Source: Candidatus Poseidoniales archaeon (GTDB lineage: Archaea; Thermoplasmatota; Poseidoniia; Poseidoniales; Poseidoniaceae). From it: a stretch of DNA of 64,000 nt. The translations under genes were made by a program, and so were the position numbers. Below the pieces are notes generated by a model. It ran no database searches, had not been told where the DNA came from, and saw only the letters and a program-made list of their open reading frames with translations. The stretch spans positions 2,407 to 66,406 of the forward strand of contig QXXX01000087.1 of NCBI GenBank assembly GCA_009887195.1. Reading direction: 5' to 3'. Positions 52,001 through 62,000 of the stretch are shown here, piece by piece; positions within the stretch are counted from its first letter, which is position 1, and each line of letters opens with the position of its first letter.

Positions 52001-53689
52001 ACTTGACATATCAGTAATTTCTATTGTTGTCGGTAAAAATTCTTTGTTGATGGCAGTACTAATTACTAAATTAGCCGTTGACCCATAGTAAAATGCCCCT
52101 TGCCCAGAAGCATCGCTGAAAGCCGGATTGGAATTTACTACAGTCAAATCGAGTACGTATGCTGCAGAAAATTCCTCAACCTCTAACGGCATATCATGTA
52201 ATTCGGCGACCCAATGGTAAATTGTAGATTGCGAATCCTGGCCCATTAGCAACCCTTTACTTTGGAATTTTGTCTCTAGTTGGTTTACCACCAAGTCTCC
52301 TTTGACTAATTCAACCCCATTACTTTGACCGCCTATGGCCGCAATATGTTGTGCAGATAGATCGCTTTCTTGAACTAATATTCCTGTTGAAAAGTTATCT
52401 GCTTGAAGATTCAATGCAGTTATTGTAGCGTACCATGCCTTACAACCGATAGAATTGTAATCGCCTGAATCATAAGATTTTGACGTGCTCAAATTCTCCC
52501 AATTATGATTGCCTCCAATAATATCGGCGGCAATTGATTGACGACTTGTTGTTGAAGAAAACACATTGCCAATAATTTCAGTATTGGTATCTCTGGTTAT
52601 TATTCCAGCTTCCTGTGATGAAAAAGAAGAATTGTTGATGGTTAAGTGGCCTTGTTGTGAAGAACGTAATGCATATTGTTGCCCATGCACTGAAGAAGAA
52701 ATAACATGGTGATTGCCTAAACCAGTTAACAAAATACCATACTTAGCATCAGATATAGTAACGCTCTCAATACTGCAGTTACCGTCACAGTCTTGTTCGA
52801 TTACCGGAAGGTTTACGTCACCCATCCCGCTAAAATTAATATTACTAATTCGAGCCCCTGTGGCGCTATTTGATTTTAGCAATTGGTTGCCATTTGCTTG
52901 CACGTCATCAAGGTTAAAGTCATCAGCATTAGATAAATCAGCAAGTAGTGAAATGTCGTTTGCCTGAATTCCACTGGCTTGGAAACTAACACCGGAATTT
53001 GTTGCCAATCCTACTGAAACTGCTGACATGGTTAGGTTGTTGGCCGTTAAATCCCCTGCAGTAGCAGTTATTGCCACACCAACATTAGAAAATGTACTAT
53101 CTTCAATAATGGCAGATCCTGTTGATTTGATGCCAATTGCTGAATTATTGATGACTCCCCCTTCAAGTGTTATTGTACCGCTATTCAATACCGCTTCGTT
53201 ATCGATTGCTTCGGTGTTAAATTGATTGATTTGACCTACTCCAGCATTTCTAATTCCAATATAGGAGTCTGCCACTGTAAGGTTTTCAATTATCAAAGAA
53301 CCATCAGACCGGATGCCTGCATTTGTATTCTCAATGATTACGTCTTCAAGATTGACTGAACCTGTCGCAGTTACGACAAGTCCCTGCCAAAGACCAGCCC
53401 CATGGGAGCTTTGTGATTGAGGTGTCGCACCAGAGAAGAAATGCACGCCGTGTGCCTCTAAAGAGCCTGCAACCTCTATATTGTGGCCATCCCCACCATC
53501 TATAGTGACTCCGGGTAAAATAGTAAGTGATGCCCCTTCAGCAATGGTAATATTGCCGGACAAAATTTTATTTTCATCCCAAATAATGTCATTTGAAATC
53601 ACAGTGTCAGAAGATGATACCGTTAATGGCACTATTGAAATTAGTAGTAATACGACAATAGTGGAGGGTACCAAAGCCTTTTGCCGCAT
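49025..53689 (-). CDS. Giant surface protein with parallel beta-helix (PbH1-like) repeats, C-terminal TSP3-type Ca-binding repeats and TM anchor
   Basis: Signal peptide MRQKALVPSTIVVLLLISIVPL (start trimmed to ATG 53689). Long runs of about 22-aa G-x-I/V-x-N/S repeats. DDDDDNDGFIDTRD, DTDNDGSPD and DQDDDGDGVPD precede the helix LMTLILLVLCAVAVVLFLG, then RMKK. Confidence 0.75.
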   Translation of the reverse strand: MRQKALVPSTIVVLLLISIVPLTVSSSDTVISNDIIWDENKILSGNITIAEGASLTILPGVTIDGGDGHNIEVAGSLEAHGVHFFSGATPQSQSSHGAGLWQGLVVTATGSVNLEDVIIENTNAGIRSDGSLIIENLTVADSYIGIRNAGVGQINQFNTEAIDNEAVLNSGTITLEGGVINNSAIGIKSTGSAIIEDSTFSNVGVAITATAGDLTANNLTMSAVSVGLATNSGVSFQASGIQANDISLLADLSNADDFNLDDVQANGNQLLKSNSATGARISNINFSGMGDVNLPVIEQDCDGNCSIESVTISDAKYGILLTGLGNHHVISSSVHGQQYALRSSQQGHLTINNSSFSSQEAGIITRDTNTEIIGNVFSSTTSRQSIAADIIGGNHNWENLSTSKSYDSGDYNSIGCKAWYATITALNLQADNFSTGILVQESDLSAQHIAAIGGQSNGVELVKGDLVVNQLETKFQSKGLLMGQDSQSTIYHWVAELHDMPLEVEEFSAAYVLDLTVVNSNPAFSDASGQGAFYYGSTANLVISTAINKEFLPTTIEITDMSSNPIQAEVTVNTFELASDENGEVSVPLFSDGSVVTASIYGTGVSKLLNGGIEGQSIQVPVIPSGDWVISSNNSITIQSNAGLQELTGNLILEDNAVLIIDNTELILQTGSTISISDNASIMGTNAIITADTIGISDAGYISALDSQFPTTINANVSWSCDGDLEIDRIILKLDLSLSPNCHLLINNGEINGQAIIPASSSLNITSSLQISVIDRGNPLANALIDYQGVSYSTDQSGEVTIQAIARLVDNQQDYSGSVETVVMSYNSYNEIISWDTSKPKAHQFIVSNIDANQINSGNVILDSVWSPYYLDSNLIVPLGRSLTISSGVVLRAADGVSITVDGVLRGNQATISSTGLGDRWAGFILGDSEFSMIDLVSTNVFEASPALSIFKSGAFIGQDIVFARSLSTDPLISFSSTSNASFSLANSQLSDAGSGCIEADQTAATLTLVDVTLERCGGPAIRAEQTNLAISNITVGSGSSNGLLLTGVTGELTGLLGTDFDGVGSLLKLDYINEEFIVKNITGKAGQSPAIAGSNNRALNIHNVELTGAPAIDFDYSSGTLSDITLHGEGIGTGLISHHGRFSNNIALSNIKITGYNVGIDLHADDVAAVSRMSIEDSIIDCSTAISVENYPLSISQTSILGVIEFSGATSLQVYDSVFDIKQNISLWNEAIVELFETVTFVSQFDNTVKPGDYSVVSHYSDGSKITSLASGQSPSINILTFIADASGSEKSLVSLIVEAASIGHPIQTLEVNTLEELSPTISFELSTNNPPQFTIISPNSTSIIMQQTEFSSIISATDDLDLSTELNYTWTIFDDGGAQIYSFTSNNSTHLMAITSPGDHLLQVKVTDTLGAWSEQLFSLNVKLLDSDQDLISSCDESNWFDLANSRSCGPDVYDDDDDNDGFIDTRDKWPKDPCAWQDTDNDGSPDNINCPDGETTDLFEDQDDDGDGVPDVLEGESSKDGTFDLMTLILLVLCAVAVVLFLGRMKKGTNQ

Positions 53690-53840
53690 ATTACCGCCTT
53701 TGTTGCTAACACATATCAAACCAAAGGCTTCCAGTCTAGAGTTAAATTATGGGTTATAGAAAATCAAATTCATCCTTGGGCGGTAATTCTTTGATAATTG
53801 AAACTGACATTTGGTATTTGCGCCTACAAATTAGTCCTTC

Positions 53841-53918
53841 TGGTGGGCCCGCCCGGATTTGAACCGGGGTCTGACGACCCCCAGCCGCCAAGTATAGGCC
53901 AAGCTAACCCACGGGCCC
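53841..53918 (-). tRNA. tRNA-Pro (anticodon GGG), CCA encoded
   Basis: Reverse complement GGGCCCGTGGGTTAGCTTGGCCTATACTTGGCGGCTGGGGGTCGTCAGACCCCGGTTCAAATCCGGGCGGGCCCACCA. Perfect 7-bp acceptor stem, anticodon loop CTGGGGG, T-arm CCCGG-TTCAAAT-CCGGG. The D-stem is weak (3 bp). Confidence 0.85.
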
Positions 53919-53926
53919 TATTGTGT

Positions 53927-54133
53927 CTAATTACCAGATTGTTGACTGAATGGGGCGACCTCATGAATAAGGTCTAGATGCCCGACGTACATTCTTCTGC
54001 AGCAATATCTAGAAAATCCGATCTTATCTAAGGCGTCTGAAACCTCGGTTCCAGAAACAACTAACTCATTGAATTCTTCCCATTTATGTGCCACAACGAC
54101 ACCACAACTGAAACATCTTACTGGAATTATCAT
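53927..54133 (-). CDS. rpoN: DNA-directed RNA polymerase subunit N (Rpo10)
   Basis: MIIPVRCFSCGVVVAHKWEEF...GFSRYCCRRM is the RpoN/RPB10 signature. Confidence 0.9.
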   Translation of the reverse strand: MIIPVRCFSCGVVVAHKWEEFNELVVSGTEVSDALDKIGFSRYCCRRMYVGHLDLIHEVAPFSQQSGN

Positions 54134-54142
54134 ATTTTCACC

Positions 54143-54577
54143 TCATCGATAGGACTTTTGTTTCTTTCTGCGCGCACCACGTCCAAGTTGGTGCTTTGCT
54201 TCTTTTCTTCTTGGGTCATTGACTAGAAGACTACGATCGAATCTCAAGTACTCATCTCTTAACTCTTCATCAGTTCCTTCAGCACCACCGTTGTAGAGTA
54301 CAAGGCCTCTAGCAATAGCGGTTCTAATGGCGTCAGTTTGACCCATGATTCCACCACCAGTAGTTGTGATGTTGATGTCGACTTTAGCCAAGCGGTTCAT
54401 TGCATCCGCAATGATTAGTGGCTCCATTGCTTTTCTACGAGCCAGCGAAGGTTGAAGAATTTCAATAGGTTCACTGTTGACTCTAACTCTACCCTTGCCG
54501 ACCTTAACAGAGGCTCGAGCGATTGCGGTCTTTCTCTTTCCAGATGATTCTACTGCCTTATTCTTTTTCTTTGCCAT
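54143..54577 (-). CDS. rps9: 30S ribosomal protein S9 (uS9)
   Basis: GKRKTAIARA, TTGGGIMGQTDAIRTAIARGL, C-terminal ...KKQKSYR. ATG 54577 overlaps the L13 TGA by 1 nt. Confidence 0.92.
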   Translation of the reverse strand: MAKKKNKAVESSGKRKTAIARASVKVGKGRVRVNSEPIEILQPSLARRKAMEPLIIADAMNRLAKVDINITTTGGGIMGQTDAIRTAIARGLVLYNGGAEGTDEELRDEYLRFDRSLLVNDPRRKEAKHQLGRGARRKKQKSYR

Positions 54578-55071
54578 CACTGGTCACCCCCAGTCCATCT
54601 GTGGCTTGGTGCGCCAAGGTTATGGCTTATTTCACCAAGTGAAACAAAGCTTGCTGATGCAGCCTTGCGGATTTTGCTATCGTCTCCCTGTTGATGTCCG
54701 TCAGGAAGATCTCCTGACAAGTGACTTGGACAGCCGATTTCTACTCTTAGATTGCGTAATGCTCTGCGTCCGCTACTCTTACTCTGGTAAGGCAGCATAC
54801 CTCTTATTGAACGCTTTAGAATCATATCAGGCATTCTTGGGAAGAATGGCCCCTTTCTTGCGTGATTTAACTTGTATTTTTCCTGATAATTGTTAAACAC
54901 TGCAGTTTTACTACCTGTTACGATAGCTTTCTCTGCATTGACTATTATGACTTTGTCATCTCTGTGTTCTCTTGCTGCTTTAATTAGCAAGTCTGCGGCT
55001 GCAGATGCTAAGCGACCAAGGACCATGCCGTCGGCATCAAATACGTAGGTTGTTTCATCCAAGGATAACAA
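54577..55071 (-). CDS. rpl13: 50S ribosomal protein L13 (uL13)
   Basis: VFDADGMVLGRLASAAADLL, VIIVNAEKAIVTGSK, MLPYQSKSSGRRALRNLRV. No ATG start is available; the choices are TTG 55071 or TTG 55062 (GGGGG 9 nt upstream). Confidence 0.9.
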   Translation of the reverse strand: MLSLDETTYVFDADGMVLGRLASAAADLLIKAAREHRDDKVIIVNAEKAIVTGSKTAVFNNYQEKYKLNHARKGPFFPRMPDMILKRSIRGMLPYQSKSSGRRALRNLRVEIGCPSHLSGDLPDGHQQGDDSKIRKAASASFVSLGEISHNLGAPSHRWTGGDQ

Positions 55072-55420
55072 CCCCCTTGCCTGATGGATTTTCGTTCATA
55101 AGCTCGCCATAGGTCATTACTCGACCGCCAGCGGCTTCTATCTTCTCACGAGCACCGGTGCTCACACTGTAGGCGGCGATCGTGTGGTTACTGGATACCT
55201 CACCACTGCCAAGTAGCTTGCCAGGCACGAGGATTGTTGCACCCTCTGGGGCGTGGCGGCTTACTCTGCTTAGGTTAGGTTGGGCCCAGTTCTTGCGACT
55301 CCTAGAGAGACGCATGGCCACATCTCGCCAAACAGCGGAACCGGTATCGCGAGACTGGGCTTTCAGTTGATTGATGACACCAATCAACTGTACGTTTGTC
55401 TTACTATTTGGGTTACTCAT
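55055..55420 (-). CDS. rpl18e: 50S ribosomal protein L18e (eL18)
   Basis: MSNPNSKTNVQLIGVINQLK...AVWRDVAMRLSRSRKNWAQPNLSRV...ILVPGKLLGSG. Start trimmed from TTG 55498 to ATG 55420 (GAGGGAG 4 nt upstream), giving the usual 121 aa. Confidence 0.88.
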   Translation of the reverse strand: MSNPNSKTNVQLIGVINQLKAQSRDTGSAVWRDVAMRLSRSRKNWAQPNLSRVSRHAPEGATILVPGKLLGSGEVSSNHTIAAYSVSTGAREKIEAAGGRVMTYGELMNENPSGKGVVILG

Positions 55421-55496
55421 TTGACTCCCTCGATGCTTTGAAGCAACCCTGCGACTCGCCAACCCATTATCAAAGCACCGACGCGAAGCGGTTGTC

Positions 55497-55517
55497 AAAA
55501 AGCGCGAATAACGCGCC
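55497..55517 (-). terminator. Hairpin + T5 candidate terminator
   Basis: The minus strand reads GGCGCG-TTATT-CGCGC-TTTTT, starting 12 nt after the stop of the 55529-55972 gene and upstream of the L18e operon. Confidence 0.45.
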
Positions 55518-55528
55518 TGTTTGAGTCA

Positions 55529-55972
55529 TCATTCATACAGAATTTCGCCTTTAGCATCGAGTAATTCTATTGTTAAACCTGCGGCTCGGCCTTGAATGAT
55601 AATTTCGTCATGCAGAGTGTCAGAGAAATCATCTAAAGCACCTAGAGCAGTTGTCCCAACAACATCGGTTAATTGGTCGATAAGATGGTTTAGCACACAG
55701 CTGACGCCATATGCTTGGCCTGCACGGAATGCATGGTCTACTCCACCTACTTCAGGCTCTTCCGCTTTCATTCTCAACATTACCTGCTGAGAATACGCAA
55801 CTAGAGCACCATAGATCGATTCTATGATTTGTGCTGCTTCAAGGTCACCTAGGAGCATTTGTGCTTCACTAAGAGCCACTCTAACGGCTTGCCCGTATGT
55901 TGCGTGAGCAGAGATAAAGTCTGATGTTTCCTTTTGCATGGCTTGGTCAATTAGCGTCTTCCAGTCTTCCAT
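55529..55972 (-). CDS. Hypothetical helical protein
   Basis: 147-aa acidic ORF with no recognised motif. It occupies the position upstream of L18e where many archaea have rpoD, but it is not RpoD-like. Confidence 0.5.
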   Translation of the reverse strand: MEDWKTLIDQAMQKETSDFISAHATYGQAVRVALSEAQMLLGDLEAAQIIESIYGALVAYSQQVMLRMKAEEPEVGGVDHAFRAGQAYGVSCVLNHLIDQLTDVVGTTALGALDDFSDTLHDEIIIQGRAAGLTIELLDAKGEILYE

Positions 55973-56035
55973 GGCCTAGCCACAGCAGGTAAGCACCTTG
56001 AAGGTTCGGAATAAATCCGAATCAATCAGTTAATT

Positions 56036-59000
56036 TCAAATCTTAAAGTTTGAATCCTGACCATCAACAATTCCTGCTTGCCTAACCGAGCCATCAGCAG
56101 CGACAAACTCGCCGGCCTTGATTTGGTTATCATACAGATTTACATCGTCAAAACGCTTGACCATCATTCCTTCTCCAAGCGCCACAGTCAATGACTGGAG
56201 AATCATGCCAAGGGTGGCAACGGCTCTATCTCGGTGACTTGCATCAATTGTGTGATCTGAATATCTTGCCTCTTCGAAGATAGTCAAGAAAGCGTCTAGT
56301 TGTTCACTTGGAACCATTTCGAATGCACTACGGACCGCAGCCTCAAATTCTCTAGTGGTTTCGTAAACCTTCTTCATGAAGCCATACTTTCTAAAGTGCC
56401 TAACAAGGTTCTTGTAACAATCAAAGATAGCGGCAATGAACTCATTGCTTGCTTCTAATTGCAACATAGTATCTGTTAAGATACCTCGTAATGCTTGTAC
56501 TTGGCGACGTGCTTGTGACCTCTGGTAATACAGTATTCCACCAATAAACAGCGCCATCAATAGTATTGCTAGAGCCATGGTATTTCCTGGCGTAAAGAAG
56601 CCTGTATCAGCGCTCACTGAAATTGGTTCTCGCCATTGAATTTCATGAGAAATATTGTCTTGCGATGGGGCAAAGAATGTTGAACCAGGATAATAGGCAA
56701 TAATTCGCCACAATCCTTGACAAGGTTGTCCGCCACAGGTCCTGCCGTCAAATGCCCACTCGAAACTTGCAATGCCTTGCTCGTTTGTTGTCGACCGGTT
56801 TTCTCCATCAGTAACCCATTCCCCTTCATTTGAGTAAAATTGGCGCAGGAAGAATACTTCTTCGTTCTCGACTGCGAGATCTAATCTATCCCTGAGCAGG
56901 GCTATTTCACCAATTACTGCATCGCCCTCAGACAAACCATTATCACCACGGTAACTCCAAGTTTGCTGAACTTGAATATCAACTCTTGAACGAACCAGTA
57001 TATCGACATCCATGAATGAGCCGTTAAGTGACTTATCGGCATCTCTTGCACAGCCACCGTAATTGCTCAAATCTTCAGTTGGCTCATAGGCGACACGGAG
57101 TACACGGAATCCTTCGGTCTTACCACCAGTAGTTTCAACACCCTTCAGTGTTGGATTTTGCAGCGGATCACCGCTAAACCAGGTAATAGTTCCGCGGTCA
57201 TCTAAAGCTTGACTTGTCCTAATTCTGGCAATCGGTCTGATGTTCTCCTCTGGATCTAGGTATAAGTTTAGACACTTATCTCCCACAGGATCTCCATTAC
57301 TTTGTTTCAAAATAGCATCAATGTGGAAAGATTCCTTGAGGAATAATCGGTAATACTCTGTTCCATTAGGTGCAAGCCACTTATCAGTTGTTGACTTGAA
57401 TGGCCCTACATCAGTAATTGATAACGTTGAATTAGAGAATATCTGGTAAGTCAATGGGAGAGTTTTTGATTTGTATCTGTACTGGTCTCGGTTGGCTGTA
57501 TTAAGCGCTGAGTAGATGATGTTGATATCTGCTTGTCCGGCTTGAACGCCTTCGATGTCGCACTCAATTACAAACGTACCACTCTCATCGGTTCTAACAT
57601 CGTTACACTTGGTGATTTGATTATCAGGGTCGTTCTTCATGGTGTATTGGGCTGAAACGACTCTATTGGATAGATTATTACCCAGTTCGTCATAAAGTCG
57701 CCCAGTAAGAACCATTGGTTTATCTTCATATTGTTGCGTTTGAATATCAAATTCACCAGTATAAACAATTTCTTCATCTGGTGCGTCAATGTATGTTGTG
57801 CCAATTAGGTTGAAACCGTTCTCGATATTAGGCATGAAGATTCGATACTTTTCGTTGTTTGGAACGAAGGTACATGGATCCCATGCACCACCCAATGTTC
57901 TGAAATCAAGTTCGTCAGCAAACGGTTGGCAGCCTTCATTTGGCAAACTCTCTTCATACCTCAATATGACGTTTACCGGGCCAAAACCATCAGGCAAGAA
58001 ACCGGCTGGATCATTACTTAGTTTGGCTGGAGTCAATGGAGAAATGTCCGCTCTTAGGCAACCTACCGATTCTTCTCTGCTTACCACTCCATCTTGGTCT
58101 GTATCCCAATCGGAGAACTCATCATTATTTCCGTCGAAGTAACACAAGTGTGAGTCCCCAGAACCAGGTATTGGTTGCGGTAATGTCAATTGGCCAGCGC
58201 CTAATGGGGCAATCGTTGCAACCAATTGGCGATAGGTGACGCCTTGGAAGTCCGTGCCTTCGAAGATAACATCCACTAAGCCACCACTTGGCGCCTCAGC
58301 ACCGTTTAGGTTAACCGGAGTTATACTAGGGTCATTGGCTCCATCATCAGTAATTTGAGCAACAAAGTTCCACGAATCTCCGCTCTTTCTAAAGTTGCCA
58401 AATTCTTCTTGTACTTGTCTTGGAAGTAAATCTGTCACGGTTATATTAGTTCTAGAGATAACCCAAATGTATTGATTGACGGCTGAACCCTTCAATAATT
58501 TCGAACCAGGATATTCAAATTCAAGTGAGAAATTACCTAATGAATCAGTGCTGTTGATGGTGAATGGAACCTCAAAGAAACCATTGTCATCTGTGTAATT
58601 GACACCTGTGCGCCCATCAAATGACCACGTGTAATTCACAGGGGCATTTCTCACTGGTTGAAGCGAGTTGTCGACTAGTTTTGCCTGAATTACCGTACTG
58701 GTATTTCTGTACAATCTTGGGGTCGAAGTCATTTGGAAATCTGTAGTTCCAATCACTGTTATGTTAATGTAAGCACCCGTAGGGGAAAGTGTGCTGGTGT
58801 TTCCGGTAAAGTAGAACGCGGAATTGGTGAAGTCAACTCTAGTGCCGTAGGTTTTGGCTGGGTATTGGCTTAACCAAGTAAAGTTGTAATCATATACGGC
58901 GTCACAAGTTGAACATGCCTGAGTTGGTTTAGAAGTAAATTGTGTCTCTTGTTGTCCGATAAACTGTCCGTTTCCATCTATGTCAATTTGCAAGGTGATC

Positions 59001-62000
59001 GGATCATCAACCCATGGGGCTAATGTCCTATTTGTGACAGTACCGACAACTCTGTAGGATTCTCCAGTATTCATTTCTGGAACTATTTCACATCTTACTT
59101 GGCTGTTAGGGTCGGTTGGGTCTACTGCCCCACATGGTGGTAGGTTACTATTGCCAGCATTGACCAGCGATATTGCCCAATCATCGCCATCAACGGCAAT
59201 AAATGGCCGTAGTAATGCAGCTTCTCCCGATAAACTTGCAGGATTGCCATCCCAGTTAGTTGGATATGGTTTGATTGCTGATACTTCGTTGAAATTCAGC
59301 CCCGCGTTTGTCAGTGCGTCAGCATGGAATAATGTAGCCCAGTTACCAAAAGTTCCATCACCGTTATTGATTGTTCCATCGAAGTAATACACAGGATTAG
59401 TTCCTGGCAAATACATGGTTCCATCGATGTTCATTCGATGCATTACTCGAACGTTTTCTGGCTCTGTATTATCACCGTATAGATATGGGAATGGCCACTC
59501 TGAAGCTAATTCTGGTAATACCTGACCTGTCACTTGGTAATCTCCTGCTGGCAGTGTTGTATTGGTATACAAACTAGTGAAATCCCCGGTAACTGGGTCA
59601 CCATTAGCATCGGTGACGACTATGTGGCGTTTGGTTAAGTCGTCCCAAATAATCTCCTCATAGCCACCAGGTAACTGGCCTACGCCATTGTCTAAACTGG
59701 CATTCAGTCTAATTTGGCGCCAAGTACCTGATATGCCTACGTCTTGAACAAATGTAACCGAAGCGAACCCACGGTTGTCTGTACGGTAACCGTTGCCATC
59801 TAATCCGGAAAAGTTGGTTGGGCTAGATAAGTTGCCAAATGGACCGCCTCTAACAGTAAATGTGATTGGAATATTACTGATTAATTTGGTGTAGTCTCCT
59901 CGGTCGGTATCTGCGGTGTAATGCGCCCAAAAGTCAACCTTGAAAGGTTGCTCACTGCTCTTAAACGCCCCAATCGGTGCAATATTAGCAGTTAAATTGG
60001 CTTCAGCTCCCATGAGATATGATTGGGATTGATTGCCGTTGAAAGCAAATAATTCTGTGACCTCAGCATACACTCTGTAAGTTGAACTATCGCCTACTGT
60101 TAGCATTTCAGGATAGATGTATTGGTTGTAAGTGAAGTTACCAAAATTATTGGTTGGGATGTATATTGACTCTATCGCCTTAGTACCATTATTGGCCCAC
60201 TCAATATTAATCTGAATTGGGACATTTGGAGCAGGCTCAAATTGGCTGGTAACTGGATTAATCCAATCAACATGGCCGGTGAATCGTTGTGGTGTTTTTG
60301 CATCAATCCATAACTTGTCTGGTGCATTGAGGGTGATGAAGGTTGGAGATTTATCATCATCATCAAGCAGACAATCGTTATCAAAGTCCCAATCGCTAGA
60401 CTCCGCCCCATTGTAACAGGGGTCGCTCACTTCACCATCTTCTAAATGATCAAAATCAGGATCGATTCTTGTATCATTATCGTCATCATTGTCAATAGCA
60501 TCAGGACCTGTTGATGGGTCTAGTGGATTGGCAAGAGCCTCTCCATCCCCGAAATCGTCGTGATCCCATGGGTTAGTTGAATTTCTGTCAAAACGAATTG
60601 GCCAGACAAGATTTTCGTCCTTATCTTCCATACCGTCTTGGTCGTCATCGAGGTCTAAATCGTCTCTAAGTCCGTCATTATCGTGATCGAATGGACCTAC
60701 AATACCAAGCGGCCCTGCCAACTCTACTAGATTGTCTAATCCATCGCCATCCCAATCATTGTCCGCCCAGTTAGAGATGTTATCATTGTCGTGATCCCAT
60801 GGAGATTGCTCTTCACCAGAGAAACATCCCGGCAGTAACTCTTGAGTCCAATCATCAATACCATTGTTATCATCATCATAATCCTCAGCGTCTGGAACAC
60901 CGTCATTATCATTATCAACGTCGTAAAACCGTGGGTTTTGATATCCTTGAGTCATTTCGCCGCGGTCCCAAACTGCTTGGAAGAAACCGTCGTCATCCGC
61001 ATCGGCGTCATTACCATCGTCATCGTTATCATTACAATTTGTTCCTGTGAAGAAAGAGGAGCCTTGAGGTAGGGTGATGTTTGCGTCATCGTCTAAATCG
61101 TCATTGGTATCCATGTCAAAATAATCCCAGATTCCGTCATTATCGTCATCGACATCAAACCAATCATACACGCCATCGGCATCATCATCAATATCGAGGG
61201 TGTTGTTGAAACTATCACCGTCAATGTCTTCATCGACTTCGTTTGCAACTATATCTGCCCCCATTTCATCGGGGAAATCCTGAACCGGACCAGTGTCTGA
61301 ATTCCAACTCCATCCTTGAACACCTAAAGTAAGGCCTAGCCAAACAATGAATGCATCCCTGCTGTCGGCTATTTGTGAATAGGTTATTCCAGCATCTATA
61401 GTCCCGTCTCCGCCATAGTCATAGTGGTAGCATCCGCCTTGTGCACCTGGAGTACAACTCCAGTTATTCGAAGGCCCACCTGCGGTTTGGCCTTGGTCAA
61501 GACCTAGGTCTGGCCTAGTGGCAAATGGCAGACCCAGTTGGGCATTGACACCATTAAGTGGCATTTGATAAGCAAAGGCATAGGTATAACCGCAGGAGAA
61601 CCCTGTAGCAAAATTACCAGCTGTGTAGCCACAAGTTGACAAATTGAATGTGCCGCCCATTTTTGGATCATCGATGTCCATTATTCCATCATTACCTTCA
61701 TCTTGATCCCACCAATTGGGCATTCCGTCACCATCTTGATCAGTGTCTAAGCCGTTAATCAGAGAATCCCCATCGGTGTCTATATCCCATTCATTACCGC
61801 CATTCCGGGAATTCCATCTAGCCATTAGGAACCAATAAAATTCTGGAACTTCCCCTGGAGTGACTGGTTGTGTTGTAGCATCATAGCCGTTGTAGTTTAG
61901 CATCATTGATTCAAATGGGTGGTGTTGAAATACCAAATTCCAGTAATCTGAAGCGTTAACAGAATAACCTTGCCCATCTTCAGAACCGTCTAAATCGCCC

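Noticed and set aside
54477-54896. 139-aa + strand ORF antisense to the S9 and L13 genes
   Set aside because: The opposite strand carries unmistakable ribosomal protein genes, and the product has no features.
60736-61072. Track ORFs 60736-60918 (-), 60799-61050 (+) and 60842-61072 (+), with Met/Ile/His-rich products
   Set aside because: These are alternative-frame or antisense shadows of the Asp-rich repeat region. Their composition (MIMIMT..., HHHNPQRLEHRHYHY) is a frame-shifted image of GAT/GAC codons.
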